From Candidatus Thorarchaeota archaeon (lineage in GTDB: Archaea; Asgardarchaeota; Thorarchaeia; Thorarchaeales; Thorarchaeaceae): DNA of 64,000 bases. The first letter of the stretch is position 1. Every line of letters starts with the position of its first letter. The stretch is taken from positions 4,943 to 68,942 of the forward strand of contig SDNP01000011.1 of the NCBI GenBank assembly GCA_004524445.1, given 5' to 3'. Shown here piece after piece: positions 17,627 to 27,445 of this stretch. A program made the position numbers and the translations under genes. The notes under the pieces are model-generated. The model did not search any database and was not told the origin of the DNA. It was given only the letters and a program-made list of their open reading frames with translations.

Positions 17627-17871
17627 TCACTATTGTTATTTTATCGAGGGGGTTTTTAGTCCTTGGGAATCAATACGCGGATTCAAGTCAAGTTTGGGAT
17701 AATACCTATTCAATGTGGAATAGAATAGCAATAACCTACAGAGCACTACCACGGGCGATTCCGAGCAGATGTAGGACATTTCTTTTCTGCACAAATTTTC
17801 AACTCCGGAAACCATATACACAGTTTACTTATCTCCGGAAAAGCTCAATACAGAATTGGTGGACTGAAACG

Positions 17872-20118
17872 ATGCCTAGTTTAAGGCGAGAAGAGGCTAG
17901 AATCGTAGTTGGTATTTTAGTCATAATGGGGTTCTCATATGTCTTCTTCATAAGTGATCCACCCTGGCAGACGCACGGCTCAGCTCTAGCATATCACTCT
18001 ATCTTGGGATTCCTATCTGTTGTAGCAGTTGCATCAGCAACGAACAGAGTCATAATGGATCCTACTCCGGCTCATAGAGTGTTTCTTGCTGCAACAGGAT
18101 TTCTTTCGATTGTACATCTTGGAGCGGCTTTGATACATATGATGCCCGTAACTGAAGCCGTTGCACATACTGAACCAAAGGGAATCTTCGTGGATATTGT
18201 GGAGATGGGCATTCTTGGCCTAATGCTGTTGGTAGCAGCCTATCTGAATAGCGAGCCACTGAAAGAAAGGCCATTATGGAACAAGAGAACCACAACCTTT
18301 GGGCTACTAGTCATTTCCTTGGGCGTATATGGTGCCGCTGCATTTGTATCGGAGCTCCCTGCCCTCTCGGTTTTTCTAGTTGGGGGCGGCATTTCTATCG
18401 GATTTTTGGCTTTAGTAGCATTTGTTCTCTCATGTTTCTTCGCTTTCAAGCGTCCTGCAGACAGTTCTTCTCATGATAGGAAGCGACTGATTGTTTCCTA
18501 TCTCTTTTTCAGCCTATCAACAACCATACTTCTATTGGTGCTACCGTTTCCCAATAGTCTTTGGTTGCTCACAATAATTCTTCAGGCAGGCGCACTCATC
18601 TTCATCCTTTTTGCAACTGGATATCCGTTTCTACTCGATGTTGGACTTCAGGAAAATGTGGCTTACTCCTTCCTCGTTGCACTTGCAGCTCTGGTAGTAA
18701 CGCCTTTCATCCTCGCCCATCTAGTCGAAGCATGGTTACCTGTTTTGTCTTATGAGAATAGACCTCTCGGCCTCATTGCACATGCTTCGGCTGCAATGCT
18801 ATCTGGAATAGCAGCTTATATTTTGACAGAACGACTCAAGGATAAGACACCCTGGTATGACGGCCCAGCTATATTTGCGCTACTCTCATGGACAGTTTTA
18901 GAATCCATTGTTGTTGGCTTACGCATATTTCAGCCAAATGATATTGTTATTGAGTCAGTGCTACCGTATCTGTTTGGAGGGGTCATTACTTCCGTTGCGC
19001 TATTAATTGCCATTCGCCGGACTCTCCAACCACCTCCCGAGGGAACGGCCCAAGAGCACTCGCATGTCAGACATGTTTCATTGCTGGGTATCATGATTGT
19101 GACTTTGTTGGTTGAAGGCACTCTAGTCATGAGTCCATCATTACATACGCAGGTACAGAACTCACCCATCATATTGGCACTTTTACTCGTTGTTGGTTAC
19201 ATTTCTGTCCTAGGGATTATCGTCTTTGGTATGTTGCGGACTGCACAGACCGGAGGAATATATTCAGTTGAAATCATAGCAGTAGGATCTCTAACACTCT
19301 GGGCGATTTCTCAAATATTGAGAGTCAACTTCTCGATTTTTACTGCCGGGTGGTGGGCTGCAGAACTCCTGCTATTCGTAGTCTTCTTATTCCTTCCCCC
19401 TCTGATCACTCAACTGTATGTTGAAAAGTACCATCTGGAGAAACGCTTGGAAACTGCTGCAAAAATCTATACGAATCTTCTAGTTGATAAGATTGACCAC
19501 CACCATAGACAATCTTTGGATTCTCTCAGTGGAATACTAAGTCATGTGGGGCTCAAAGGCAAGGAGATGGAAGGGATTTCCAGGGCCATGACCGAGGTTT
19601 CCCGTGCAAATGACATAGCTCAAAGGTATGATACCATAGTCAAAGGTGGGGTACCCGATATTAAGGAAACGGGGACCATCGGTTTACATGATGCATTGCA
19701 GACTGCCTTCGAACAAGTGTGTCAGATTCATCCTCATGTGCCAAAATTAATGCTAGGCGCCTGCTCAGGAGATTGTAAGGTATGGGGAGAGAAAATAGTT
19801 GTTGACCTATTCTACAATCTGCTGGAAGGGCTTCTAACGAGGATTCATGCGAATTCTATTTCTGCAAAGATCGAGAGATGCACATCTGATATGTGGTGTG
19901 CTACTATTCAGATAGGCATTGAATCTGATATTCAGGGTTCTTTGAGCCATCTTATCAGTCGATATCTGTTTCAAGTCAGAGAAAGCAATATTGAGTTTCT
20001 TCTGGTTAATGAATACATACGACTACTAGGAGGGGATGTGGTTGTGGTCGATCCCAAGAAAGAAGACATCCATAATGCAATCATCATGACGGTAAGACTG
20101 CCAGCAGTCAATCCGTAA
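17872..20118 (+). CDS. polytopic membrane sensor with a HisKA-like H-box and a degenerate HATPase-like C-terminal domain
   Basis: GGTGGA lies 8 nt before the ATG at 17872. About 14 or more hydrophobic helices are followed by DHHHRQSLDSLSG (H-box-like), then VVDLFYNLLEGLL and a terminal alpha/beta region without G1/G2 glycine boxes. Confidence 0.7.
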   Translation: MPSLRREEARIVVGILVIMGFSYVFFISDPPWQTHGSALAYHSILGFLSVVAVASATNRVIMDPTPAHRVFLAATGFLSIVHLGAALIHMMPVTEAVAHTEPKGIFVDIVEMGILGLMLLVAAYLNSEPLKERPLWNKRTTTFGLLVISLGVYGAAAFVSELPALSVFLVGGGISIGFLALVAFVLSCFFAFKRPADSSSHDRKRLIVSYLFFSLSTTILLLVLPFPNSLWLLTIILQAGALIFILFATGYPFLLDVGLQENVAYSFLVALAALVVTPFILAHLVEAWLPVLSYENRPLGLIAHASAAMLSGIAAYILTERLKDKTPWYDGPAIFALLSWTVLESIVVGLRIFQPNDIVIESVLPYLFGGVITSVALLIAIRRTLQPPPEGTAQEHSHVRHVSLLGIMIVTLLVEGTLVMSPSLHTQVQNSPIILALLLVVGYISVLGIIVFGMLRTAQTGGIYSVEIIAVGSLTLWAISQILRVNFSIFTAGWWAAELLLFVVFLFLPPLITQLYVEKYHLEKRLETAAKIYTNLLVDKIDHHHRQSLDSLSGILSHVGLKGKEMEGISRAMTEVSRANDIAQRYDTIVKGGVPDIKETGTIGLHDALQTAFEQVCQIHPHVPKLMLGACSGDCKVWGEKIVVDLFYNLLEGLLTRIHANSISAKIERCTSDMWCATIQIGIESDIQGSLSHLISRYLFQVRESNIEFLLVNEYIRLLGGDVVVVDPKKEDIHNAIIMTVRLPAVNP

Positions 20119-20213
20119 GATGACAACAAAAATTCGTGAAAAGTATTCATGGCCGGAATGCCATTTGGAAGATGTTATCAATATCCTTTGACAACGATTC
20201 AATGTAGATTACC

Positions 20214-20609
20214 ATGGTTAAAACTGATAAGGAATGGAAGAAAAAACTCACTCCCGAGCAATTCAAAGTCCTAAGACAATGTGGCACAGAGCCGCCATTT
20301 AGCGGGAAATATGTCCATCACAATGAGGAGGGAAAATATGTCTGTGCAGCTTGCGGGAATGAGCTGTTTTCTTCAGAAACAAAATTCAAGTCTGGAAGTG
20401 GTTGGCCTAGCTTTTGGGATAAAGTTGATGAAGATGCAGTTGAAACAAGAGTTGACACAAGTCATGGAATGAGAAGGACCGAGGTCATCTGTGCAAATTG
20501 CGGCGGTCATCTAGGACATATCTTCCAAGACGGCCCCCAGCCGACGGGGCTAAGATACTGTATAAACTCAGTCGCACTTGATTTCAAGAAAGAAGATACT
20601 GAGGAATAA
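20214..20609 (+). CDS. msrB: peptide-methionine (R)-S-oxide reductase
   Basis: [45 protein letters not shown] and RYCINS are present. Confidence 0.95.
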   Translation: MVKTDKEWKKKLTPEQFKVLRQCGTEPPFSGKYVHHNEEGKYVCAACGNELFSSETKFKSGSGWPSFWDKVDEDAVETRVDTSHGMRRTEVICANCGGHLGHIFQDGPQPTGLRYCINSVALDFKKEDTEE

Positions 20610-20661
20610 TATCACAACGTAGTATAGCATTTGTACTATATTCAGAGCTAATGTGAAAGCC

Positions 20662-21552
20662 ATGCGAATTGGATACGCCTGCATGAATAACTCCGTTGGA
20701 TGCACATCCGCCAGCACATTCCGACTATCTTCGTGGTCAGAAAACCGTTTCAAAGAGACCGTCAGACACAATCTTGCATGCTTAGGACGCATCTTGCAGT
20801 GGAATATCGAGAATGGCATCTACTTCTTTCGAATAACATCAGATCTTGTCCCTTTCGCAAGCCATCCAATTTGCTCGGTTGACTGGCAATCTGTTTTCTC
20901 TGAAGAATTCGCTCGGATAGGGAGATTTCTTACTGACAATCGGATCAGGGTTTCTATGCATCCTGGTCAGTACACTGTCCTGAACTCAAACAGAGTGGAT
21001 GTTGTGCAGCGGAGCATCCTGGAACTTGAATACCATGCTGACGTATTGGACCTAATAAATCAAGGTACAGATGCCAAAATCGTTCTCCATGTTGGTGGAG
21101 TCTACGGAGATAAACCCAAGGCCATAGATCGGTTTGTTCAAACCTACCAGAATCTATCCGATTCAATCCAATGCCGCTTGATTATTGAGAACGATGAGAG
21201 AAGCTACACGGTTCAAGACTGCCATACCATCTATGAGAGCACAGGAATCCCGATCGTGGTTGATAATCTACACCACGAGGCAAACAACTCGGGAGAGAGC
21301 TTCATTTCCGCTTTTGATATAGTAAAGGAAACTTGGAGGACAAAAGATGGTGTCCCCATCATCCACTACAGCTCTCAGGAATATGACGGACGACTAGGAA
21401 AACACGCGGAAGCAATTGATGCCCGGCATTTCAAATCCTTCCTTCATTCTCTAAGAAAATATGAGATAGATGTGATGCTGGAGGTCAAGGACAAAGAGAA
21501 GTCCGCAATCAAAGCCATGCAGATAGCCAAGCAGATAGAGAACTCAAGCTGA
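20662..21552 (+). CDS. uvdE: UV damage endonuclease
   Basis: MRIGYACMN, FRITSDLVPFASHP, SMHPGQYTVLNS, LHVGG, IIENDE and VDNLHH are present. An alternative GTG start exists at 20653. Confidence 0.85.
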   Translation: MRIGYACMNNSVGCTSASTFRLSSWSENRFKETVRHNLACLGRILQWNIENGIYFFRITSDLVPFASHPICSVDWQSVFSEEFARIGRFLTDNRIRVSMHPGQYTVLNSNRVDVVQRSILELEYHADVLDLINQGTDAKIVLHVGGVYGDKPKAIDRFVQTYQNLSDSIQCRLIIENDERSYTVQDCHTIYESTGIPIVVDNLHHEANNSGESFISAFDIVKETWRTKDGVPIIHYSSQEYDGRLGKHAEAIDARHFKSFLHSLRKYEIDVMLEVKDKEKSAIKAMQIAKQIENSS

Positions 21553-21765
21553 AAAATCAGCTAGTTTCTCTTTCAATTCCATCATTAGGGCTTCTTCATC
21601 CTTACTCCTCAATTCCTTGAATCTCTTCCAAGTTGCAGAGCAGTTTTTGTACTCAATGCCCGCAATATCATGTATTCGCTTGTCAATCTCTCTCTTGTTG
21701 CTGTCTGTCACTTCCACACCAATTGAGTCAAATACAGGGCGAATGTGTCTGAAATAGCAGGTCAA
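21544..21765 (-). CDS. hypothetical 73-aa protein
   Basis: The ORF is clean and its 3' end overlaps the convergent uvdE by 9 nt. I did not recognise a family with confidence. Confidence 0.4.
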   Translation of the reverse strand: MTCYFRHIRPVFDSIGVEVTDSNKREIDKRIHDIAGIEYKNCSATWKRFKELRSKDEEALMMELKEKLADFSA

Positions 21766-21949
21766 TTTTGTTGCAGCTCCTTTTGGTTAATCATGATATC
21801 AGATAGTATTCTTGATGAAAAGCCTTTGTTACGGGAAAGGTATGGTGATATATACCCAACTAGATGATTGAGCCCTCTGGTGAAAGAAGAAAGGGAATCG
21901 AAACTTTTGAATCAATAGAATTGGGCCAACATGAATTCTTTTTCTTCAT

Positions 21950-22801
21950 TTATGTCGAAGTCTTCACAAAGGTACCTTGCCTGTATTCCATGAAGGCTGT
22001 TCGGATTTCCTCTTGAGTATTCATCACAATTGGTCCACGCCAGGCAATTGATTCATTTAGTGGTTTGCCAGAAACGAGTATGAATCGCGCTTCTTCTGGA
22101 CCGGTTTGTACTCTTACTTGGTCGCCATCAGTAAGAACCACCAAGTTACCTTTACTAACTCTATCTTGATTGGACCCAAAGACTGCTTCACCTTCGACAA
22201 CGTATGCTAATACTGTATGTTCTTCATCTACCGGATGGTTGAAATCAGAGTTTGCGGGCATCTTCACATCAAGGTATTCTGGATCTACAGCTATCCCCTC
22301 TACAGGACCCTTCATTCCCCCGACCTCTCCCGCTATGATTTTTATTCGGATTCCATCATCGAGTTCAACTTCCGGCATATCATCTCTTGATAGACCTCGA
22401 TATTTTGGGTCAGTCATCTTTTTGGATGACGGCAGATTCACCCAGAGCTGAAGACCTCTTATACTGTCTTCCTTGGGGTCAGGCATCTCCTGATGGATTA
22501 TGCCACTTCCAGCTGTCATCCATTGAACTTCACCGGGGCGAATAACTCCGGAACCACCCGTACTGTCTTCGTGTGCCACCTTCCCTTCAAGCATATAGGT
22601 CACGGTTTCGATGCCTCGATGCGGGTGCCAAGGAAAGCCTGCTTTGAACTCATCAGGGTTGTCGGATCCAAAGTCATCAAGAAGCAAGAACGGGTCCATT
22701 ACATCTGTATCAATATGGCCCATAGCGCGCCGAACTGTCACTCCTGCGCCTTCTTTCATCTCTCGACTTTGTTGAACTCTGAATACTCGTCTAATAGTCA
22801 T
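21950..22801 (-). CDS. pirin family protein
   Basis: GFPWHPHRGIETVTYMLEG..HEDS.GGSG.I..GEVQWMTAGSGIIHQEMP is present. Confidence 0.9.
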   Translation of the reverse strand: MTIRRVFRVQQSREMKEGAGVTVRRAMGHIDTDVMDPFLLLDDFGSDNPDEFKAGFPWHPHRGIETVTYMLEGKVAHEDSTGGSGVIRPGEVQWMTAGSGIIHQEMPDPKEDSIRGLQLWVNLPSSKKMTDPKYRGLSRDDMPEVELDDGIRIKIIAGEVGGMKGPVEGIAVDPEYLDVKMPANSDFNHPVDEEHTVLAYVVEGEAVFGSNQDRVSKGNLVVLTDGDQVRVQTGPEEARFILVSGKPLNESIAWRGPIVMNTQEEIRTAFMEYRQGTFVKTST

Positions 22802-22921
22802 CTAATAGGCAACTCCACGATGCTATAGTTAACAATAGTAAACTAATAAGGGCATTGCTTTGTGTCAATTCGCAAACATCCAGTAGAAGATGTAAAGTAG
22901 CTGCTAGGAGAACAACATGAA

Positions 22922-23680
22922 TTATTCTTCATAAGGTCGAAATAGGTCAGAAAGAGCGGAGGCGAGTTGAGCCTTTGTAGTTCTTACCAAATTGCTTCTG
23001 AAACCTCTATTCCATTCAAGCTGGTATAGCTCATCAGTAATCACAAGGATGGCAGCGAAATCAATCCCACGATACATAGCCACTGCCATTAGAGCTGTAC
23101 ATTCCATTTCGACTGCAATAGCACCCTGTTTGGAGTATCGGAGTATCTTATCTCTAGTTTCTCTGAGTCCAGCATCAGTAGTCCATACTCCACCATATTT
23201 TGGGTGAAGTGCCTGCAGGCCAATTTTCATTTCATTGAGTATTTCTCCACGCGGCCGGCACTGAGCTTCGGGCGGAAGATAGTGGTAAGAAGTGCCTTCC
23301 TCGCGAATTCCCCACTCAGGTATTACGAGGTCACCAATATGACAGTCATCTGAGATTGAACCCGCCTCTCCTATCATCAAGACAGACTCTACTCCTGAGG
23401 CAATCAGGGCTTCCATGTGTAGTGCAGCAGCAGGAGCTCCAAAGAAGCATCTGCTCACAATCATTCCCGGCTTTGATTTGGTTTCTAGGGCACCCGCGAT
23501 TGTTGGGCGCTCAGTGGATTTCCCTAAATCCAATGCGTCAGTCACTAGTTCATATGACACTCTCTCAAAACACATTATTGCATGACTGGCATCTATGTCC
23601 ACTGAAAAGACACTTGGGTCCGTGATTGCAGTGTCATGTGAAAGCCAATCTACTGGAGTTATCGATGTTCCATCCTTCAT
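22922..23680 (-). CDS. nucleoside phosphorylase family (PNP/UDP type 1) protein
   Basis: FGAPAAALHMEALIASGVESVLMIGEAGSI and AVEMECTALMAVAMYRGIDFAAILVITD are present. Confidence 0.75.
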   Translation of the reverse strand: MKDGTSITPVDWLSHDTAITDPSVFSVDIDASHAIMCFERVSYELVTDALDLGKSTERPTIAGALETKSKPGMIVSRCFFGAPAAALHMEALIASGVESVLMIGEAGSISDDCHIGDLVIPEWGIREEGTSYHYLPPEAQCRPRGEILNEMKIGLQALHPKYGGVWTTDAGLRETRDKILRYSKQGAIAVEMECTALMAVAMYRGIDFAAILVITDELYQLEWNRGFRSNLVRTTKAQLASALSDLFRPYEE

Positions 23681-23859
23681 CCTCTTTCTTCCTCGTTCAC
23701 TGGTACACTATCGGGCCAGTTACTTAAGCGGGCATGCCCTTAGCGTTAGCTATGACTAACCCATCAAGCATGGCTTGATTAGCTCTTACAACAGTATGAA
23801 CTTAAGAGAGCTCCAATCAGCAAGAACTGTTGTCAACTTGCAGGATGAGGGCCAAAAGA

Positions 23860-24510
23860 ATGAACATATCTATTCTCTATGACAATATGGCAAGAGAGGG
23901 GTATCGAGCAGACTGGGGGTTCTCATGTTTGATAGACGAGTCACTTCTGTTTGATACAGGGCGTGATTTGAACATCCTTCTCCACAATATGAATTCTCTT
24001 GGCGTTGATTTTAGCAAAATTAAGAGGGTTGTTCTTTCTCATCAACATAGAGACCATGTGGGTGGGATAGGCATTTTGGAGAAACTTGGTGAGGTAGAAG
24101 TATTTCTTCCCTCATCAATATCGAAACCACTTAAAAAATCCATAGAACGATTTGAGGGGATCAGAGTTGTCGAGGTGTCCGAACCCCAAGATATCACTGA
24201 CGATGTGATGACTCTTGGCGAATTAGGTACACGAATCAAGGAGCAATCGATTGTTGTTCAAACAGAAAAGGGAAATTCTCTGATTTGTGGGTGTGCCCAT
24301 CCCGGACTTGAAGTCATAATGGATAACGCACTTGAGTATGGGCCCCTCTACGGTGTCATAGGTGGGTTTCATGATTTTGACCGGCTTCTAGCTCTGGAAT
24401 ACTCGCGTCTTATTGTTCCTTGCCATTGTACTTCAAAGAAGGAAGAAATCAGGACCCTCTACAAACTGACAAGCAAAGAGTGTGCTGTAGGCAAAGTCAT
24501 TGAGATATGA
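23860..24510 (+). CDS. MBL-fold metallo-hydrolase
   Basis: VVLSHQHRDHVGG is present. I placed the start at MNISILYDN; earlier in-frame TTG and ATG codons are possible. Confidence 0.8.
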   Translation: MNISILYDNMAREGYRADWGFSCLIDESLLFDTGRDLNILLHNMNSLGVDFSKIKRVVLSHQHRDHVGGIGILEKLGEVEVFLPSSISKPLKKSIERFEGIRVVEVSEPQDITDDVMTLGELGTRIKEQSIVVQTEKGNSLICGCAHPGLEVIMDNALEYGPLYGVIGGFHDFDRLLALEYSRLIVPCHCTSKKEEIRTLYKLTSKECAVGKVIEI

Positions 24511-24526
24511 GGTTGAAGACGCATAT

Positions 24527-24868
24527 CTAGCAAGTAAGATGCAAGGCGGCTACAACCCTTTGCTGTGATTCTTTTTCGTTATATAGAGTGCATGCCTCTT
24601 CTGTCTTCCGCGCTATTAGCTGGCAACCAATTTCCTCTATCTTTCTCTTGGTTGCATCCAAGACTTTCATCCGCCCGTAGTATCCCTTTCCAACAAGCAG
24701 CAGATTGGGCTTTGCTTCAACTATTTTGGAGAGGTCATCCGGATGAAGTTCGTGTCCCTTTTGGCGCCACCAATCAGAATAGACCTGACCAGGCAGAATT
24801 ATCACATCATTTTGGTATTCTTTTCCATCAATCCGGATTCTTCCGAAGGCGTATTCATCGATATGCAT
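24527..24868 (-). CDS. Mth938-like (DUF498/NDUFAF3-like) domain protein
   Basis: IDEYAFGRIRIDGKEYQNDVIILPG...LLLVGKGYYGRMKV is present. Confidence 0.75.
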   Translation of the reverse strand: MHIDEYAFGRIRIDGKEYQNDVIILPGQVYSDWWRQKGHELHPDDLSKIVEAKPNLLLVGKGYYGRMKVLDATKRKIEEIGCQLIARKTEEACTLYNEKESQQRVVAALHLTC

Positions 24869-24942
24869 ACTAGAGATTAAAGAAGCGTCCCTGTTAAGAG
24901 CTCGCAAATAGAAGATTGACCGGAGTACGGGAGAAGGGATTA

Positions 24943-26379
24943 TTAATCCGGGAGAGTTTTGGCTTCGATGGCGCTATCTTGGGAAACATCTTCGTCTTGA
25001 TTCTCATCCTCAGTTTGTGTTTTTGATGCGCGTTCTTTAGCTATTTTTTCCAAGTTCATGACCGACGGGACAAAGAAGGCAGAAACGCTGAGAGATGCAG
25101 TCACTAGACCCGAAATAATGAACCAAATTGGTACGCCAAATGCGTCAGCCACGGGTCCCGCGAATGCCAATCCAATTGGAGTCATGGCAGTAGCACCGCT
25201 GATTATAAGCGAGAAGACTCGGCCCTGCATTTCTGGAGGGATAGTAGCCTGCATGATAGCTATGACTGATCCATTGAATATGGGGTTCATAAACCCAGCA
25301 ACGAGCAGCAATAAGAAGGCTATTTCTACAAAGTCACTTGGCAGGGTACCAACGAAGAACAGAGCAGCTCCTTGAATTGCTAGAGCTCCCATTCCGGTTT
25401 TTACTCGGTTCTCAGTTCCCCCCCAAATACCAAGAATCGCGCCTCCGGTTACCATGCCCAAAGCAAAGGCCGACTGCATAAAGGCCAGAGTAGTTGCGTC
25501 CCCTCCAAAGTAATTTATTACAAGCAAAGGGAGCAATGAGAACGCAGGGGTTGCTATGAGGTTGAGAATCATCGCGAAGACAATCAATAAGAGCGCCCCA
25601 GTCCATCCCTTGAGAAAACGTAGCCCATCTGCCATATCAGATAAGGGAGATTGTTTCTCTGAATCGGGGGCCGCCTCCGGTTGCGGAATGTGTATTGCTG
25701 CTACGGAAACCACAGCAAAGAATGCAGTCACTATATCGATTGCGAGAATACTCTCTAGCGGAAATAGAACATAAAGAACCGCTCCGATGGGAGGAGCAAG
25801 CACATTGATAACGCCTTGGAGGGATTGGTTTATGCCACCAATTCTAGAATAATGTTCCTCAGGGACCATAAGCGTCGTTGAGGCTTGCATAGCTGGAAAA
25901 TGGAAGGAACCTAGGAACGAAGAGACAAGCATTATCAAGTAGATATGCCAAACCTCTTGGATATTGAGATAGAATAGCAGAGCGAGAATCCCGATTGTTG
26001 CTGCAATCAGCGTATCAGAGACCATCATTACCCGCTTTCGATTCCAACGGTCTACATATGAGCCAGCAAACGGGCCAACTATAATTTGGGGCAACAAGAA
26101 CATAATAGACGCAGTCGCCAAAACGGTGGCGGACCCGGTGGCGAGGGTTATCCACCAAATCACTGCAAAGCGAACAAGCCTGCTCCCAAATAGAGACACA
26201 GCTTGACCGCCCCACATAACAGCAAACGAACGAAGCGATTTTTGTTGTGCATCGGTCTCCAACTCCGGTTCCTCAATAGCAGATCCAACTGTTTTCAACG
26301 ACAACGACCTCTCTTTCATCGGAAGGCAGACTTCATTTAAGGCATAAGAAATATGCAATGTCTGCTGTATTGAGGACAT
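24943..26379 (-). CDS. MFS transporter (EntS/MFS_3-like)
   Basis: The protein has 12 predicted TM segments plus FAVMWGGQAVSLFGSRLVRFAVIWW and GSYVDRWNRKRVM. The start is uncertain; an internal ATG lies at 26319. Confidence 0.85.
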   Translation of the reverse strand: MSSIQQTLHISYALNEVCLPMKERSLSLKTVGSAIEEPELETDAQQKSLRSFAVMWGGQAVSLFGSRLVRFAVIWWITLATGSATVLATASIMFLLPQIIVGPFAGSYVDRWNRKRVMMVSDTLIAATIGILALLFYLNIQEVWHIYLIMLVSSFLGSFHFPAMQASTTLMVPEEHYSRIGGINQSLQGVINVLAPPIGAVLYVLFPLESILAIDIVTAFFAVVSVAAIHIPQPEAAPDSEKQSPLSDMADGLRFLKGWTGALLLIVFAMILNLIATPAFSLLPLLVINYFGGDATTLAFMQSAFALGMVTGGAILGIWGGTENRVKTGMGALAIQGAALFFVGTLPSDFVEIAFLLLLVAGFMNPIFNGSVIAIMQATIPPEMQGRVFSLIISGATAMTPIGLAFAGPVADAFGVPIWFIISGLVTASLSVSAFFVPSVMNLEKIAKERASKTQTEDENQDEDVSQDSAIEAKTLPD

Positions 26380-26432
26380 ATATCTGCTTCTCTGGGGAGC
26401 ATCATTTTTACAACTAAGATAAACGCGACCGC

Positions 26433-26708
26433 TTATTCTAAGCGAGGGGATGCAATATCATCGAATTTTGTTTGCTTAAGGGGAGAGAGTCGGTCATGGC
26501 TCCATAGTAGAATCACAATCACGACTATAATCACGTTGACGGTCATTGTACAAATGGATGGAATTGACAAACCTGATAGAATCAATAATGGGCCCAAGGC
26601 ATTTACTCCTGCGTGGTATAGCGTTACAGCACGTAGGCTTCCGTTAGTGGAGTTGTATAACCAAGTGTACATCGTTGTGGCGATGATTATGTCATACCAA
26701 ATACATAA
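26433..26708 (-). pseudogene. possible remnant of a CPBP (CAAX/Abi-type) intramembrane protease C-terminus
   Basis: YTWLYNSTNGSLRAVTLYHAGVNAL resembles the last CPBP motif (H-x-x-x-N). The frame closes at a stop at 26709..26711, and the upstream motifs are absent. Confidence 0.2.
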
Positions 26709-27219
26709 TCAATGGATTGGAGGAAGGAAGTTCGGTGCAAACGTGTTGAGTTCATTTGCTTTCCTCAGATCATGGTCATGGATTTTGAGATACTGGCTAG
26801 TAGTCTATGCGACCCTCACAATAATCGGAATAATAGGAACAGCATTCTATGGACCCCTAATGTACCTCATTCCCTTTCTGTTTGGTGTTCCCCTAGTGAT
26901 AATTCCAATGACCTATAGAAACCTTGTTGGAGGAGGTTGTAGTCTAAAATTCGGCATTTGTGCATTAGTAAAAGGGATTCTAGCTGGAGTGGTCTTTGCG
27001 GGGCTTTCGCTGTTTGCCAATTATGTTATCTTTTCTACGATTCATCTCGCACAGGGCCTCAATTTGATGCCCTCCATCCAATCCATTACTCCTACATATC
27101 AGATTTGGTTAGTTAGTGCTGCAATAGGTGGTTTTGCTGCGAGAATAGCAGAAGTGAGAGGCCATACCGCTGATTATCACTACATGGTTGATGCTTTAGT
27201 GGAGCATTCTAAGGATTGA
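26683..27219 (+). CDS. 4-5-TM membrane protein, hypothetical
   Basis: This is a long hydrophobic ORF. The start is uncertain, between TTG 26536 and ATG 26683. Confidence 0.45.
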   Translation: MIMSYQIHNQWIGGRKFGANVLSSFAFLRSWSWILRYWLVVYATLTIIGIIGTAFYGPLMYLIPFLFGVPLVIIPMTYRNLVGGGCSLKFGICALVKGILAGVVFAGLSLFANYVIFSTIHLAQGLNLMPSIQSITPTYQIWLVSAAIGGFAARIAEVRGHTADYHYMVDALVEHSKD

Positions 27220-27372
27220 GTTAAATCCATGTCCAATCAAGGAGCAAGAAATCCGTCCCCACATGACCCAGAATTCCCGTTTCAAGTACATCATGATAGA
27301 ATATCGCCAATTCCAATCCTAATTTTGGAATTACTGACGATAAATCCTATAGAAAAGACAGGAAGAAGCTCT

Positions 27373-27382
27373 ATATATTTAA
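27373..27382 (+). promoter_or_regulatory. TATA-like box upstream of the giant surface-protein gene
   Basis: tatatattta lies about 65-70 nt before the TTG start. GGAG at 27432..27435 lies 10 nt before the start. Confidence 0.3.
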
Positions 27383-27445
27383 GAATCAATTTGCTCAAGT
27401 TCGTAACTGATGGAATCGGATTCAGACCTTTAGGAGAATAGACAA

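Noticed and set aside
17614-17871. The ORF track adds an 86-codon N-terminal extension to the sensor protein.
   Set aside because: The extension overlaps the start of the opposite-strand DUF1059-like gene and is not membrane-like. The ATG at 17872 has a well-spaced GGTGGA motif.
21811-21885. I noticed C/D-box-sRNA-like elements (cuUGAUGAaa ... aGAUGAuuga) in the intergenic region.
   Set aside because: There is no CUGA D or D' box at the required spacing and no terminal stem, so this is most likely chance.
20214-22801. I considered whether msrB, uvdE and pirin form a dedicated stress or repair island.
   Set aside because: The genes have independent orientations and spacing, and I saw no mobility or boundary signatures. 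This looks like ordinary chromosomal clustering.
23730-23739. A perfect 10-bp palindrome, GGGCATGCCC, lies in the divergent region between the nucleoside phosphorylase and MBL-hydrolase genes.
   Set aside because: It is short and contains a common restriction-type palindrome. With no second copy and no adjacent regulator gene, it cannot be told apart from chance.
27229-27441. A 70-aa ORF sits immediately upstream of the giant gene.
   Set aside because: It has no SD motif and no recognisable features. It also spans the TATA-like box and SD motif of the giant gene, so it is more likely promoter or 5' leader sequence.
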